Positions 30,242-40,757 of a stretch of DNA of 64,000 bases are shown here, one piece after another. The position numbers and the translations under genes were made by a program. The notes beneath the pieces were generated by a model. The model did not search any database and had not been told where the DNA came from. It saw only the letters and a list, made by a program, of their open reading frames with translations. The DNA is taken from NCBI GenBank assembly GCA_028279655.1, contig JANQNH010000001.1, positions 17,484 to 81,483 on the forward strand. Direction: 5' to 3'. Positions within the stretch are counted from its first letter, which is position 1; every line of letters begins with the position of its first letter. The stretch comes from Candidatus Nanoarchaeia archaeon (GTDB lineage: Archaea; Nanobdellota; Nanobdellia; Woesearchaeales; JACPBV01).

Positions 30242-33200
30242 ATGTATTGGGGGGCTTGGAAGGTTGTTTTGTATGTATTCTTATGGATAGTCCTATGTGG
30301 TTTTGTATCTGCTGTGAATGTTGAGATATATGATTGTGATGATTTGCAGAATATGAACCAGAACCTAAGCGGAAGCTACGAACTAGCTAATGATATAGAT
30401 TGCTCAGCAACAAGAACATGGGGTGAGGGGAAAGGCTTTAATCCTATCGGTAATCTTTCAGAAAGGTTTACTGGTTATTTTGATGGAAAAAATCATCTAA
30501 TCACCGGGTTATATATGAATAGAAGCGAAAGTTATATTGGGTTATTTGGATATGTCCAACATGCAACAATAAAGAATGTTGGTTTTATTGATGTTGCGAT
30601 CTATGCAGACCCGAGTTCGGGTGATGATATCGGGGCATTGATCGGTCGTGCTGAATGGGTAAATGTTACTAACTCCTATTCTTCTGGTCTTGTAAAAGGA
30701 AGAAGCAATGTAGGAGGTTTGATTGGTTCCCTGTATGATTATGAAGTAAGAAATTCTCACTCTAATGCAACTGTTATTGGGTCATATATGTATGTTGGTG
30801 GGTTGGTAGGTTCATTTACAGGAAGCATCATTGATTCTTATGCTATAGGAACCGTAGATTCACCATATTATGCTGCTGGTCTGATCGGAAAGGCAGGAAA
30901 AGGAAATTCTGGAAATAATCTAGTGTATAATTGCTCTGCTGCAGGTGATGTATCTAGAAGATACTATAATTGCAGCCATCATTGTGGTGGTTTGATAGGA
31001 ACTAGCGAAGAGATCATGGTTGAGAAATCCTATGCAACAGGGGATGTGAATGCTAAGCCTGATCAGGCCTATATGGGCGGTCTAATCGCTCTTGCATCTA
31101 AGACCAACATATCTCAGTCCTATGCAATAGGTGATGTTATTGGTGACTCTTTCGTTGGAGGTTTGGTTGGAAGCCTCCAAGGGAGTTATGCTAATGAAAC
31201 CCTTAAGGATTCTTATGCAACCGGTAATATATATACTACTGGAGGAAACGGCCTTGTAGGCGGCCTTGTGGGGCAACTCCATAACACTAATGTGATCAAT
31301 TCTTATGCCACTGGAACAGTAAATGCTAGAAGTGGGGGTGTAGGCGGCCTCATCGGTACTATCAGCAACTATTCAGTGCAACCTGTGTTGATAAACTCGT
31401 ATTCTACTGGATATGTTGGCGGTGATGATGTTGGAGGGTTGATAGGAAGGGTTGACAGCAATTTCAGCAGAATTACTAACGTTTATTATTATGGTAATGT
31501 AAGTGATTGCTGCGGTCTAGGGTCATGTATTGATTGTACTAGGGAAGTATCATCTGATGTTTTTTACGGTAATGAACATGATGTTTATGTTTTATCACCT
31601 TTATGGGATTTTATTCATATATGGCAGAACCATTCAGATGATTACCCTACGTTGAGGTTGGAAAAGCCATTGGATGTTGACTCTTTATTAGAGAAATATG
31701 CTCCTGTTCTTTATCTCCATCCAGACGAAGAGTTTTTCCCTAAGAGTATTTATAGTATGCTGAATGAGAGCGATCTTATGCTTGGTAATAGGTCCATTGA
31801 TGTTAGCAGGCCTGTTTCTCAAGATAATCTGGATGGAAAAGAAAACGGTTCCTATCTGGATATGCAGGATGCCAGTCCTGGCTTTTTCCCATCAGTTCCA
31901 AACTCAAGCAGGTTTGATAGGTATGAGAATACTGTATATGGCAGAGTGTTTGAGCCTGATGATGAGCACATCGTATTGCAGTATTGGTTCTTTTATCCTT
32001 ATAATCATTTTAGGGGAGGTCATGAAGGGGACTGGGAGATGATACAGATAATATTAAACAAAACCGATGAAAAACCATTAACATCTACTTATTCCTATCA
32101 TTATGATGGAAGAACATATAATTGGAGTGATATAAATAAGGTTGATTCTACACATCCAAAGGTTTTTGTCGCAGAGGGTGGGCATGCGAGTTATAAAGAT
32201 CCAGTAGTTATCTGGCTTCCAGGATACCTTTTACTTGAGTCAGTTAGTGAAGAGAACAATAGTATAGTGTATTATTGCAATAATACAGATACATCCCAGT
32301 TTGTTAATAATCGTTCAACACAATATAGATTAAATTCTATTCTGAATGCTACCGAATGGGCGCATTTTAATGGTAGGTGGGGAGAATCAAAAAATAAATC
32401 TTCTATATATAATGGTCCAAGCAGCCCTGCAAATCTTAGATACGGAAATCAAGCATTTAGATGGAACGATCCAATCGGCTTTGCAAATAATCCCTCCCCA
32501 GATTCAACCAGTGCAGCAACGGGAAGCCCTGTAAATCTTCATGCTTATGATTCACAAGGTAGGCATGTAGGTTTAAGTAGTTCAGGTGATATTGAAGCAG
32601 AGATTCCTGGCGTTTATATGTATATTCCTTCTGATGATGAAAAAGAGGTTATCGTTATATTAGATTCAGAAGACCTAACCTTTGAGATAGAAGCAACAGA
32701 CCAAGGAGAGTTTGATTTTTCATTGAATACTCAGAATGATGGTAACTATATCAATCTACAGTATGAAGATGTACAGATTAATAAGAATACTAGAGCAACA
32801 ATGCAATTTACCAATACCAATCCAAATTTTATTATGGGAATAGATGTCAATGGAGATGGTATAACAGATACTACCTTAAGTCCAAATAATGTAGAGATAT
32901 CTGGAAATTATTCAAATAATGAAACAGATTTTGATAATGACAGTATTGCAGACTCTATTGATAATTGTATAAACACATCTAATCCAGATCAAAGAGATTG
33001 GGATAATGATAGTGTAGGAGATGTTTGTGATGTTGAATCAATTAATATAACTTTAGTTCCGGGTTGGAATCTAATATCTATACCTTTAATTGCGAATAAT
33101 AATTCTATTCCTTCTTTAATTCCTGGTTATTTAAAAGCATTTACTTATTTACAAGGATCCTTGATCGAATTAAATGATGGATCACATGTCAATACAACAT

Positions 33201-33514
33201 GGGGAATGTGGGTTGAGATGTTGAATAATAACACAATAACAATAAATGGGACATTACCAAGAAATCCTTTGTTTATGATGAAACAAGGATGGAATTTAAT
33301 TGGTTATCCTAGCTTGATTCAAAAAGAAGTTAATAAGACTTTTAATGTAAGTCAAATAGAATCTGTTTTTATGTATAATGCTTCTAATACTTTGTGGAAA
33401 TCATACAATCCTTTGAATCCTCTCAATACTTTAGAAAGTATGAAATATGGCTATGGCTATTTAGTTAAAGTTAACGATACTATGAATTGGACTTTTAATG
33501 GAGAGTTTAAATGA
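30242..33514 (+). CDS. Secreted protein: GLUG repeats, Vps62-like domain, TSP3 repeat, C-terminal GWNLI repeats
   Basis: Signal peptide; repeated SYATG.V...VGGLIG; YAPVLYLHPDE.FFP, LQYWFFYPYN, HEGDWE. Confidence 0.8.
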   Translation: MYWGAWKVVLYVFLWIVLCGFVSAVNVEIYDCDDLQNMNQNLSGSYELANDIDCSATRTWGEGKGFNPIGNLSERFTGYFDGKNHLITGLYMNRSESYIGLFGYVQHATIKNVGFIDVAIYADPSSGDDIGALIGRAEWVNVTNSYSSGLVKGRSNVGGLIGSLYDYEVRNSHSNATVIGSYMYVGGLVGSFTGSIIDSYAIGTVDSPYYAAGLIGKAGKGNSGNNLVYNCSAAGDVSRRYYNCSHHCGGLIGTSEEIMVEKSYATGDVNAKPDQAYMGGLIALASKTNISQSYAIGDVIGDSFVGGLVGSLQGSYANETLKDSYATGNIYTTGGNGLVGGLVGQLHNTNVINSYATGTVNARSGGVGGLIGTISNYSVQPVLINSYSTGYVGGDDVGGLIGRVDSNFSRITNVYYYGNVSDCCGLGSCIDCTREVSSDVFYGNEHDVYVLSPLWDFIHIWQNHSDDYPTLRLEKPLDVDSLLEKYAPVLYLHPDEEFFPKSIYSMLNESDLMLGNRSIDVSRPVSQDNLDGKENGSYLDMQDASPGFFPSVPNSSRFDRYENTVYGRVFEPDDEHIVLQYWFFYPYNHFRGGHEGDWEMIQIILNKTDEKPLTSTYSYHYDGRTYNWSDINKVDSTHPKVFVAEGGHASYKDPVVIWLPGYLLLESVSEENNSIVYYCNNTDTSQFVNNRSTQYRLNSILNATEWAHFNGRWGESKNKSSIYNGPSSPANLRYGNQAFRWNDPIGFANNPSPDSTSAATGSPVNLHAYDSQGRHVGLSSSGDIEAEIPGVYMYIPSDDEKEVIVILDSEDLTFEIEATDQGEFDFSLNTQNDGNYINLQYEDVQINKNTRATMQFTNTNPNFIMGIDVNGDGITDTTLSPNNVEISGNYSNNETDFDNDSIADSIDNCINTSNPDQRDWDNDSVGDVCDVESINITLVPGWNLISIPLIANNNSIPSLIPGYLKAFTYLQGSLIELNDGSHVNTTWGMWVEMLNNNTITINGTLPRNPLFMMKQGWNLIGYPSLIQKEVNKTFNVSQIESVFMYNASNTLWKSYNPLNPLNTLESMKYGYGYLVKVNDTMNWTFNGEFK

Positions 33515-33552
33515 AAAATATTAAATATGAGTGATTTTATTTATATGGTAAG

Positions 33553-33939
33553 GTGTTTATTGTGGGAAAGATAAAAGATTTATGGGATAAGTTGAAATAT
33601 TGGCATAGGGGGGCAATAATCATGTTTATTCCTGCTCTTATTATTTTTGTTCTTTATACAATTAATTCAATCAGGGTAGGTTTGAACTTAGGTTATACTT
33701 TTTTGGATATAATAAAAAAGGCAAATTTGTTTGCTTTATTGTTGCCAATTATAATTATTCCATTAATATATGGGTCTATTATGGGTATTGTTTACTCTTT
33801 TTTACTATCGAAAAAGAAAGATGACCCTCGGAAAAGAGTTTTAAGTATTTTGGCTTTTATAATAATATTACTGATTTCGTTATTTTTATTATTTTTTCTT
33901 ATCCTGTATGTTATAATAGGTATAGTCAAACCATTTTAA
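33553..33939 (+). CDS. Three-TM membrane protein
   Basis: Hydrophobic ORF downstream of the GLUG protein. Confidence 0.6.
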   Translation: MFIVGKIKDLWDKLKYWHRGAIIMFIPALIIFVLYTINSIRVGLNLGYTFLDIIKKANLFALLLPIIIIPLIYGSIMGIVYSFLLSKKKDDPRKRVLSILAFIIILLISLFLLFFLILYVIIGIVKPF

Positions 33940-33961
33940 TTTTATTATACTAATCCCCTAC

Positions 33962-35089
33962 CTATCTCATGATTGCCTTATAGTGGTTCATAACATACAC
34001 AACACTTATCTTCTGTTCCCTTTTGGCAAGCTTGCCGAGCACATCGGTTGGATCATTTTTGAGATACTTCTTATTATCTTCAAGATCCCTTCCAATAGCC
34101 TCGCAGAACAAGGGGTGGGGTATTTCAATGCCTATAGTGCCACCATATCCAACTCTTCGCAGCATACCAAATAACTCCTTCATGTCCTTACCAACAGGGG
34201 TGTTTTCATTAATAACTCCCCTATTACCAGGACTATTCCATGGGCCCCATTCGCTAATATGCAGATGGGCAACAGTATTAGCTTTAATCGCTTCCTCAAG
34301 AATATTGAGATACTTATCGCCATAGAGTGCCCTTAAGTGAGCAGTATCGAGATGCATCTTAAAATACGGGCTTCCTGTTCTCTGGACATACTCCATATAC
34401 CTTCTAACATCCGAAAGCGCCCTTGATTCATCTGTTCTCAGAGCCTCTGGAGCACATACTACACCCATCTCTTTTGCCTTAGGAAGGATAATAGTACCTA
34501 GGCTCTCATTCCATCGCTCATACAGTCCACTCACATCCGGGTTAAAGTGCTCATCCACCATGCCAGGACCAACTACTGTTTTAACCTTGGCAGCACCTCC
34601 AAGCTCCAAGAAGTTATGTGCCCACTGCAGCCCCTTATTGCTCTCAGGATGCCTGCTTGATGCATAGTTTGCAGATAACATTCCTTCTTTAGCAGGACCT
34701 ACAAACGTTAGCAGTATTGGTTCCAGACCAAACCCCCTAACTATATCCCCTGCCTGCTCATACCATCTAACCTGTGCCTTATCAAAATTATCAAAATTAA
34801 GCCCCGAATTACCAGGCACAGTTGCTATCTCATACGAGCCTCCTTTTTCAACTCCAGATTCTAATGCAAGCTCAAGGTTTCTTTTTAATCCATCGTGATT
34901 TTTATCTGCCGGACCATTACCTAACCAAGTATTGATATCTACTATGCCAGGTGGAATTGGCGGTGTTCCTTTATGGTATATCACAGGACCTTGTCCATGT
35001 GCAGCTTCAGCACTAAAAAATTCTATTAATGCTGGCAAAGAAATAGTACCAGCTGCTAAACCTTTTATAACTTGCCTACGATTAATCAT
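33962..35089 (-). CDS. Sugar phosphate isomerase/epimerase TIM barrel with twin-arginine signal
   Basis: MINRRQVIKG; PEALR..E, HLDTAH, HLHISE..NRG, GYGGTIGIE. Confidence 0.75.
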   Translation of the reverse strand: MINRRQVIKGLAAGTISLPALIEFFSAEAAHGQGPVIYHKGTPPIPPGIVDINTWLGNGPADKNHDGLKRNLELALESGVEKGGSYEIATVPGNSGLNFDNFDKAQVRWYEQAGDIVRGFGLEPILLTFVGPAKEGMLSANYASSRHPESNKGLQWAHNFLELGGAAKVKTVVGPGMVDEHFNPDVSGLYERWNESLGTIILPKAKEMGVVCAPEALRTDESRALSDVRRYMEYVQRTGSPYFKMHLDTAHLRALYGDKYLNILEEAIKANTVAHLHISEWGPWNSPGNRGVINENTPVGKDMKELFGMLRRVGYGGTIGIEIPHPLFCEAIGRDLEDNKKYLKNDPTDVLGKLAKREQKISVVYVMNHYKAIMR

Positions 35090-35209
35090 AGTAATCCCCC
35101 CTAAAAAGCTTTATTTATAGTTACATGCGTCCTATCTATATAAATCTTTCCTCGGATTTTTTTAACAGCTTAATGACGACAAATTATATCTTTTTTATTA
35201 TTTGTTAAG

Positions 35210-35605
35210 TTAATTTTCCAGAAAACTTTTTAGACCTTCCATGCTAGCTGGCTTGTATAATAAGGTTATCCCTATCTGTTCGCATCTACTTTCCATAGCT
35301 ATGTCCTTTTCTAATCCAAGTTTGGTATGTAAAGCTATCCTTGCAGTTGGATATTGGTCTTTTACTTCTTGGGCTACCTTAATTCCTGTGTCTCGGTAAG
35401 GTACTCCTCCTGGGTAAAGTGGACAATTGTTGTCTAATATAATTGCATAAAAATCGGTATCATCTAGTCTTTGCAGGAAGGTTTTTTTATCTTCAGAACT
35501 AACTATATTATATCCTAACTTTTTTAAATCATCTTCTAAGTCCATTAGTTCAAGTACATCATCTTCCAGAACCAAAACTGTTTTGCAGTGTTCATCTAAG
35601 GCCAT
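35210..35605 (-). CDS. Stand-alone response-regulator receiver protein
   Basis: VLVLEDD, IILDNN, ALHT, YKP. Confidence 0.8.
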   Translation of the reverse strand: MALDEHCKTVLVLEDDVLELMDLEDDLKKLGYNIVSSEDKKTFLQRLDDTDFYAIILDNNCPLYPGGVPYRDTGIKVAQEVKDQYPTARIALHTKLGLEKDIAMESRCEQIGITLLYKPASMEGLKSFLEN

Positions 35606-35698
35606 ATAACCTAGAAGAAGGAAATATACTTTATAAACCTATACTTCCATCTCATTCCAACCCAATAACTTAATAAACAAGCAAATTTTCTAAATATT

Positions 35699-37612
35699 AT
35701 GAAGTATAAGAACCTTTTATTGGATAAGTTCCAGGAAGATGCTATTGCGGCTATTGAAAAAAACCATTCGGTCGTTGTTTCTGCGCCAACAGGGTCAGGG
35801 AAGACGTTGATAGCAGACTATATCATAAACAAAGATGTCAGGAAAGGCATCAGGGTTATATACACTGCACCTATCAAGGCGTTGAGCAACCAGAAGTATA
35901 AGGATTTCTGTGAGGAGTATGGAGAAGATAAGATAGGGCTTCTTACTGGAGATATTGTCAGGAACCATGATGCTCCCATACTGATAATGACTACTGAGAT
36001 CTACAGGAACATGGCCCTTACAAATGACCCTTTGATGGATAACATATCTTATGTTGTTTTTGATGAGATACATTATATCAATGATGTTGAGAGGGGATAT
36101 GTCTGGGAAGAGTCAATTATATTTTCAAATCCAAAGATACGGTTTCTTTGCCTATCAGCTACCATCCCTAATGCTAAGCAGTTTGCTTCTTGGATAGAGG
36201 CTGTAAAGAAACACAAGGTAGATGTGATCAAGCATAACCGAAGGGAAGTTCCTTTGGCAAAGAAGTTCTATGATTCTGAGCTTGGAATCACTACATTGGA
36301 GCAGATAAGGGACGTTGCCCATATACCAGACTACAGATACATAAGGGGCAGGAAAAGATTTAGAAGACCAAGGATCAAGGCACCATCCCATATCGAGCTT
36401 ATCAAGGAGATCAAGGATAAGCTTCCATGCCTGTTCTTTAATTTTTCCAGAAAGAAATGCCAGGATAATGCCAATGAGCTGATGAACGCTAAGATCTTTG
36501 ATAACAACCCCAAGATAACCTCCTTTGTACGTAAAAAACTAGAAGGAGCGCCAAAAGAGATCAGGGAGCTTGAGTCTTCGCAACTGCTCTTTAGGACCCT
36601 GTCTTTTGGTATAGCTTTCCATCATGCCGGGCTTATACCTCTGATTAAGGAGATCGTAGAGGAACTTTTCAGTCAGGGCCTGATCAGGGTCTTATACACT
36701 ACTGAGACATTTGCAGTTGGAATCAATATGCCTGCTAAGTCTGTCTGCTTTGAAAGCCTAAGGAAGTATGATGGGATCAATTTTCGTTTCCTGAACTCCA
36801 AGGAGTATTTTCAGATTGCCGGTCGGGCAGGCAGGAGGGGGATAGATAAGGAAGGGTTTTCTTATGCTATGATAGACAGGAGGGATTTTGACTATGGGGT
36901 GATAAGGGGCATTACTGATCTAGATAAGGACCCTATCAAATCCCAGTTTCGATTATCTGTCAATACTGTTCTTAATCTTGTAAAGAATCATACTCCTGGT
37001 GAGATTGATGTTATTCTGAAAAATAACTTCTTTACATACCAGAAATTCGGCAAGAATTTTGCGAAGATACGAAGAAATGTTTTTTCATATAGCTTTGAGA
37101 AGACAAAGAAGAAGCTGATCAGGATGGGTTACATAAAAAACGGGAAGCTTACCTCCAAGGGAGAATTTTCTTCTAAGATATACTCAGACGAAATATTGAT
37201 AGGGGAGATCTTTGCAACTGATTTTTACTTTGATCTTAATGAGTATCAGATCCTCATGATACTTGCCTGTCTGGCCTACGAGCCCAGGGCAAAGACAGAG
37301 TTCTATAAGGACTATCCTTCTAAGTTTGTCTCTGACCTTAAAGGTGCATTGAGGAGAAGAGATCTCTTAAGGAATTTCAAGAGCCTTGATAAGCTGACTG
37401 CGCTGATCCATCCATGTTACAATAACAGAAGCGTATTTGAGATCCTTCCTAATACAAACCTGCTGGAAGGGGATCTGATCCGGTTCTTTAGGCAGATACT
37501 GGATAAGATAGGGCAGATAAAGAAGGCTACTGGAGATGAGAGGCTTAGGCAGATGCTCGGCAGCTGCCAGACATTAATATTAACATGCCTGAAGGATGTT
37601 GATGTTGTCTAA
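35699..37612 (+). CDS. Ski2/HelY-like DExH RNA helicase
   Basis: APTGSGKT, PIKALSNQKY, DEIH, LSAT, TETFAVGINMPA, QIAGRAGRRG. Confidence 0.92.
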   Translation: MKYKNLLLDKFQEDAIAAIEKNHSVVVSAPTGSGKTLIADYIINKDVRKGIRVIYTAPIKALSNQKYKDFCEEYGEDKIGLLTGDIVRNHDAPILIMTTEIYRNMALTNDPLMDNISYVVFDEIHYINDVERGYVWEESIIFSNPKIRFLCLSATIPNAKQFASWIEAVKKHKVDVIKHNRREVPLAKKFYDSELGITTLEQIRDVAHIPDYRYIRGRKRFRRPRIKAPSHIELIKEIKDKLPCLFFNFSRKKCQDNANELMNAKIFDNNPKITSFVRKKLEGAPKEIRELESSQLLFRTLSFGIAFHHAGLIPLIKEIVEELFSQGLIRVLYTTETFAVGINMPAKSVCFESLRKYDGINFRFLNSKEYFQIAGRAGRRGIDKEGFSYAMIDRRDFDYGVIRGITDLDKDPIKSQFRLSVNTVLNLVKNHTPGEIDVILKNNFFTYQKFGKNFAKIRRNVFSYSFEKTKKKLIRMGYIKNGKLTSKGEFSSKIYSDEILIGEIFATDFYFDLNEYQILMILACLAYEPRAKTEFYKDYPSKFVSDLKGALRRRDLLRNFKSLDKLTALIHPCYNNRSVFEILPNTNLLEGDLIRFFRQILDKIGQIKKATGDERLRQMLGSCQTLILTCLKDVDVV

Positions 37613-38031
37613 TCAAAATAATCCTCGTAACAGAAATTCTTCCTTCCCTCGAACGTGCAGCTGCTTTTTTCTTCTATGATATTCCCATCCAGGAATTCCC
37701 TGTACTGGTTAATCAGGGAATTGCAGTCAGTGCATCTCCTGAAGTCAGTCCCTATCTCAATCTCAAATTTTTTTTCATCGATCTTCCTTATCTTACTTGG
37801 GACTGCTGCTCTTCCTTTGAAATATCTGTAGATATTCTCTATGAACCTATTGTCATTTATTCTTTCGGATAGGGTTATGTGGAGTGAACACTTTTTTGGA
37901 GGAGAGAAGCTTACTACATCCCTTCTTATTTTTATGCATCTCTGGTGTTTTAGCTTTTCTTTGTTCTCCTCTTTTTTTCTTGCAAATTGTGTAGGGAGCT
38001 TGATGCTCCCATCCGGATTGAATTCTACCAT
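37609..38031 (-). CDS. Hypothetical protein
   Basis: 140-aa ORF with CTDC motif. Confidence 0.65.
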   Translation of the reverse strand: MVEFNPDGSIKLPTQFARKKEENKEKLKHQRCIKIRRDVVSFSPPKKCSLHITLSERINDNRFIENIYRYFKGRAAVPSKIRKIDEKKFEIEIGTDFRRCTDCNSLINQYREFLDGNIIEEKSSCTFEGRKNFCYEDYFD

Positions 38032-38121
38032 AAAATCACAACATCATGGTTGTTTAAATTGTTTTTGGTATTCTCTTTTTTACCCACTACCTTTAAATAT
38101 CCAAATACTTTTTCTTAGGTT

Positions 38122-38832
38122 ATGGAAAGAATCCAAAAGATCATGGCACACTCCGGGGTTGCTTCCAGGAGGAAGTGTGAGGATATGATAGAGAAGGGAT
38201 TAGTCAAGTTGAATGGTAAGACTGTTAAGCTTGGTGACAAGGCTGATAAGGGTGATAGAATCACGGTTAATGGGAAGCTTTTGAAACTAGAGAAGAAGAC
38301 TTATGTTATCATGAATAAGCCAAAGGGCATTATCTGCTCGGTTGGTGACTTTAGGGGCAGGAAGTCAGTAGTTGACCTTGTCAAATGTAAGGAAAGGGTA
38401 TTTCCGGTTGGTAGACTGGATATGGACAGCGAAGGACTGATAATACTTACTAATGATGGGGATTTTGCAAATGATGTTATCCATCCAAGGAATAATGTTA
38501 AGAAGGCCTATTCTGTATTGCTTGATAAGGTCCTTGATAAGGAGGATTTCCTAAGGATCAAATCTGGAGTTGAAATAGATGGGAAAAAGGTAACTGTTTT
38601 TGATTTCAGAAGTGATAGGAATGCAGTGGAGCTGAGCATCCATGAGGGGAGGAAGCATATAATCAAGAGACTCTTTGGTGTGCTGGGGTATAAGGTAAAT
38701 GAACTAAAAAGGATAGCTATTGGTGGATTGAAGCTAAATCTGGATATTGGCGAATACAGATTTGTGAGTGGAGAATGGTTAAGGAAAAATATCTTTCTGA
38801 GAGGCAAAAACCAAAAGTTATTTAAAGAATAA
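38122..38832 (+). CDS. RsuA/RluB-family pseudouridine synthase with S4 domain
   Basis: RIQKIMAHSGVASRR, NKPKG, VGRLDMDSEGL, EGRKH.IKR. Confidence 0.92.
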   Translation: MERIQKIMAHSGVASRRKCEDMIEKGLVKLNGKTVKLGDKADKGDRITVNGKLLKLEKKTYVIMNKPKGIICSVGDFRGRKSVVDLVKCKERVFPVGRLDMDSEGLIILTNDGDFANDVIHPRNNVKKAYSVLLDKVLDKEDFLRIKSGVEIDGKKVTVFDFRSDRNAVELSIHEGRKHIIKRLFGVLGYKVNELKRIAIGGLKLNLDIGEYRFVSGEWLRKNIFLRGKNQKLFKE

Positions 38833-38892
38833 TCTTCATCTTTAGGGATTAAGGGGATTTATCCTGAATAAATAATGGACAGAGGTGAGAAA

Positions 38893-39282
38893 ATGAAACT
38901 AGGATATATTGTTGCACTATTGATGATCGTTCTAATGGTAGGATGTGCAACAAAAGAGGCACCACCAGCAGCACCAGAGCCAACACCACCAGCAGCACCA
39001 GAGACACCACCAGCAGCTCCTGAAGCAGCACCAGAGGCACCTGCCGAGGAAGCTCCAGCTGAGGAAGCACCTGCAGAAGAGGTTGTTGAAGAGGAGCCTG
39101 AACTGACTGAAGCAGATATGTCGCAGATTGAAAGATTGAAAACTGCATGTGAAAGAGGAAATGCAGGATTGTGCGCTGCACTTAAGAACAGATACGACAT
39201 CGATTGGCCTCCAGAAGAGCCTGTTGAGGAACCTGTTGCAGAAGAACCTGCAGAGGTTGAAGTTGCTGGAGAAGAGATATAA
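38893..39282 (+). CDS. Lipoprotein with Pro/Ala/Glu low-complexity linker
   Basis: Lipobox MVGC; PAAPE repeats. Confidence 0.7.
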   Translation: MKLGYIVALLMIVLMVGCATKEAPPAAPEPTPPAAPETPPAAPEAAPEAPAEEAPAEEAPAEEVVEEEPELTEADMSQIERLKTACERGNAGLCAALKNRYDIDWPPEEPVEEPVAEEPAEVEVAGEEI

Positions 39283-39336
39283 TTAATCTTTTTCTTTTTT
39301 TCTTTTTAATAAAATAAAAAATAAAAAAACAGAAAT

Positions 39337-39672
39337 CTATGCTCTCATCTTGTTAGGCTCTATAACCCTTTCCTCACAACCAATGTAAGGGTGCAGTTCA
39401 GGAACCAAAGACCTGAAATCATCGTCTTCTAACAAGAAGTTATAGCAGTCATCCTTTGTCTCACACTCTATCCCTGTGGAAAAAAGCCTGTCAACCATAA
39501 GGAAATATCCATCTTCCTCTTCAGAGACAGTAAGTGTACAATATCCCTTTGCTTCACCATCAACAGTCAATGTGACTACTTCACCAACTGAGGTCTTTTC
39601 TGCTTCTTCTGTCTGGCAACCTACAGTTGCAAACAAAATACCAATTATCAACAATGTTTTTATCAATTTCAT
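39337..39672 (-). CDS. Putative lipoprotein
   Basis: Signal peptide with TVGC lipobox. Confidence 0.65.
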   Translation of the reverse strand: MKLIKTLLIIGILFATVGCQTEEAEKTSVGEVVTLTVDGEAKGYCTLTVSEEEDGYFLMVDRLFSTGIECETKDDCYNFLLEDDDFRSLVPELHPYIGCEERVIEPNKMRA

Positions 39673-39798
39673 TCTATCATACCCCCATACTGTTAGGGTT
39701 GGTATTGCTATATATAAATTTTTCTACTCTTCAATAGTTACTTTATCCAGCTTGTACAAATCCAAAGATATTTATATATGTGAATCAAGGTTAATAGT

Positions 39799-40419
39799 AT
39801 GAAGTCTAAAGTAAGGCATAAACACCTTATTGTCCTTCTGGTAGTTCTGATTGCTATACTCATTGTGCTTTTCAGTTTTTCAGTACGTAATGGTGAAGGG
39901 GAACAGGTTACAACAGATTATACTGCGGAAGAGGTCATAGAGACAGAATCGGACATACCTGGTGATGATGAGATACCTACTATAGAGGCAGAGGAGCCTT
40001 TGGAAGCAGAGGGGACTATAGAGGCAGAGGAGGAGGTTATCATCAACATCAAGAGCCTGAGGTTTGAGCCTGATACGGTCATAATATCTCCAGGAACTAC
40101 AGTAGTATGGGTAAATAAGGATTCTGTTTCGCATAAGGTGGTAGCTTATGATAGGTTATTCTATGGTTCCAGGATGGAGACAGATGATAGGTATTCGTTC
40201 ACTTTTACCAAGGAAGGGACTCATCGGTATTTTGATGCAGTTTTCCCTAAGATAGGCAGGGGCACCATCATAGTGAAGGAAGAGCCCTTGCCCATAACAG
40301 GAGCTGCTGTTGTAGGACTTGATAGTGAGGAGGCAAATGGTAAGCTAGCAATGATCATATTCCTCTTTGTTGTTATGATATTCTCCTTAAGCAGAGGGGT
40401 GCATAATTATTATTCTTAG
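39799..40419 (+). CDS. Membrane-anchored cupredoxin-fold protein lacking Cu ligands
   Basis: FEPDTVIISPGTTVVWVNKDSVSH...YSFTFTKEGTHRYFD. Confidence 0.75.
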   Translation: MKSKVRHKHLIVLLVVLIAILIVLFSFSVRNGEGEQVTTDYTAEEVIETESDIPGDDEIPTIEAEEPLEAEGTIEAEEEVIINIKSLRFEPDTVIISPGTTVVWVNKDSVSHKVVAYDRLFYGSRMETDDRYSFTFTKEGTHRYFDAVFPKIGRGTIIVKEEPLPITGAAVVGLDSEEANGKLAMIIFLFVVMIFSLSRGVHNYYS

Positions 40420-40496
40420 AAATCAGGGATTTTGAGTGTGTTAAAGAACTATCTGTTTTTTTATTGATCTTTTGATAAAAATAAAAAAAAAAGAAT

Positions 40497-40727
40497 TTAT
40501 CTTCCTCTTGCCATCTTTGCACAGGAGATATCTCCTTTCTTATCGATGAAGTATAGATAGCCTTTTTCCTTCTTGATGCCTACTTTAGCGACAACCTGTA
40601 TCTTGGCTTTTCCTTTCTTCTTCTTGCCTCTTGCCATCTTTGCACAGGCTACATTTCCTTTTTTATCAACAAAGTATAGAAAGCCTGCTTTTTTCTTAAC
40701 ACCCACTTTTGCTACTTTTTTTGCCAT
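40497..40727 (-). CDS. Small Lys-rich protein with two ~33-aa internal repeats
   Basis: VAKVG(V/I)KK..G(F/Y)LYF(V/I)DKKG...CAKMARG twice; GGAGGT RBS. Confidence 0.85.
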   Translation of the reverse strand: MAKKVAKVGVKKKAGFLYFVDKKGNVACAKMARGKKKKGKAKIQVVAKVGIKKEKGYLYFIDKKGDISCAKMARGR

Positions 40728-40757
40728 TTTTTATTCTACCTCCTATTTTTTAAAATG

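Noticed and set aside
38955-39085. CRISPR-like or VNTR repeat (ccaccagcagcaccagag)
   Set aside because: In-frame codons of a Pro/Ala/Glu linker; no repeat-spacer structure or cas genes
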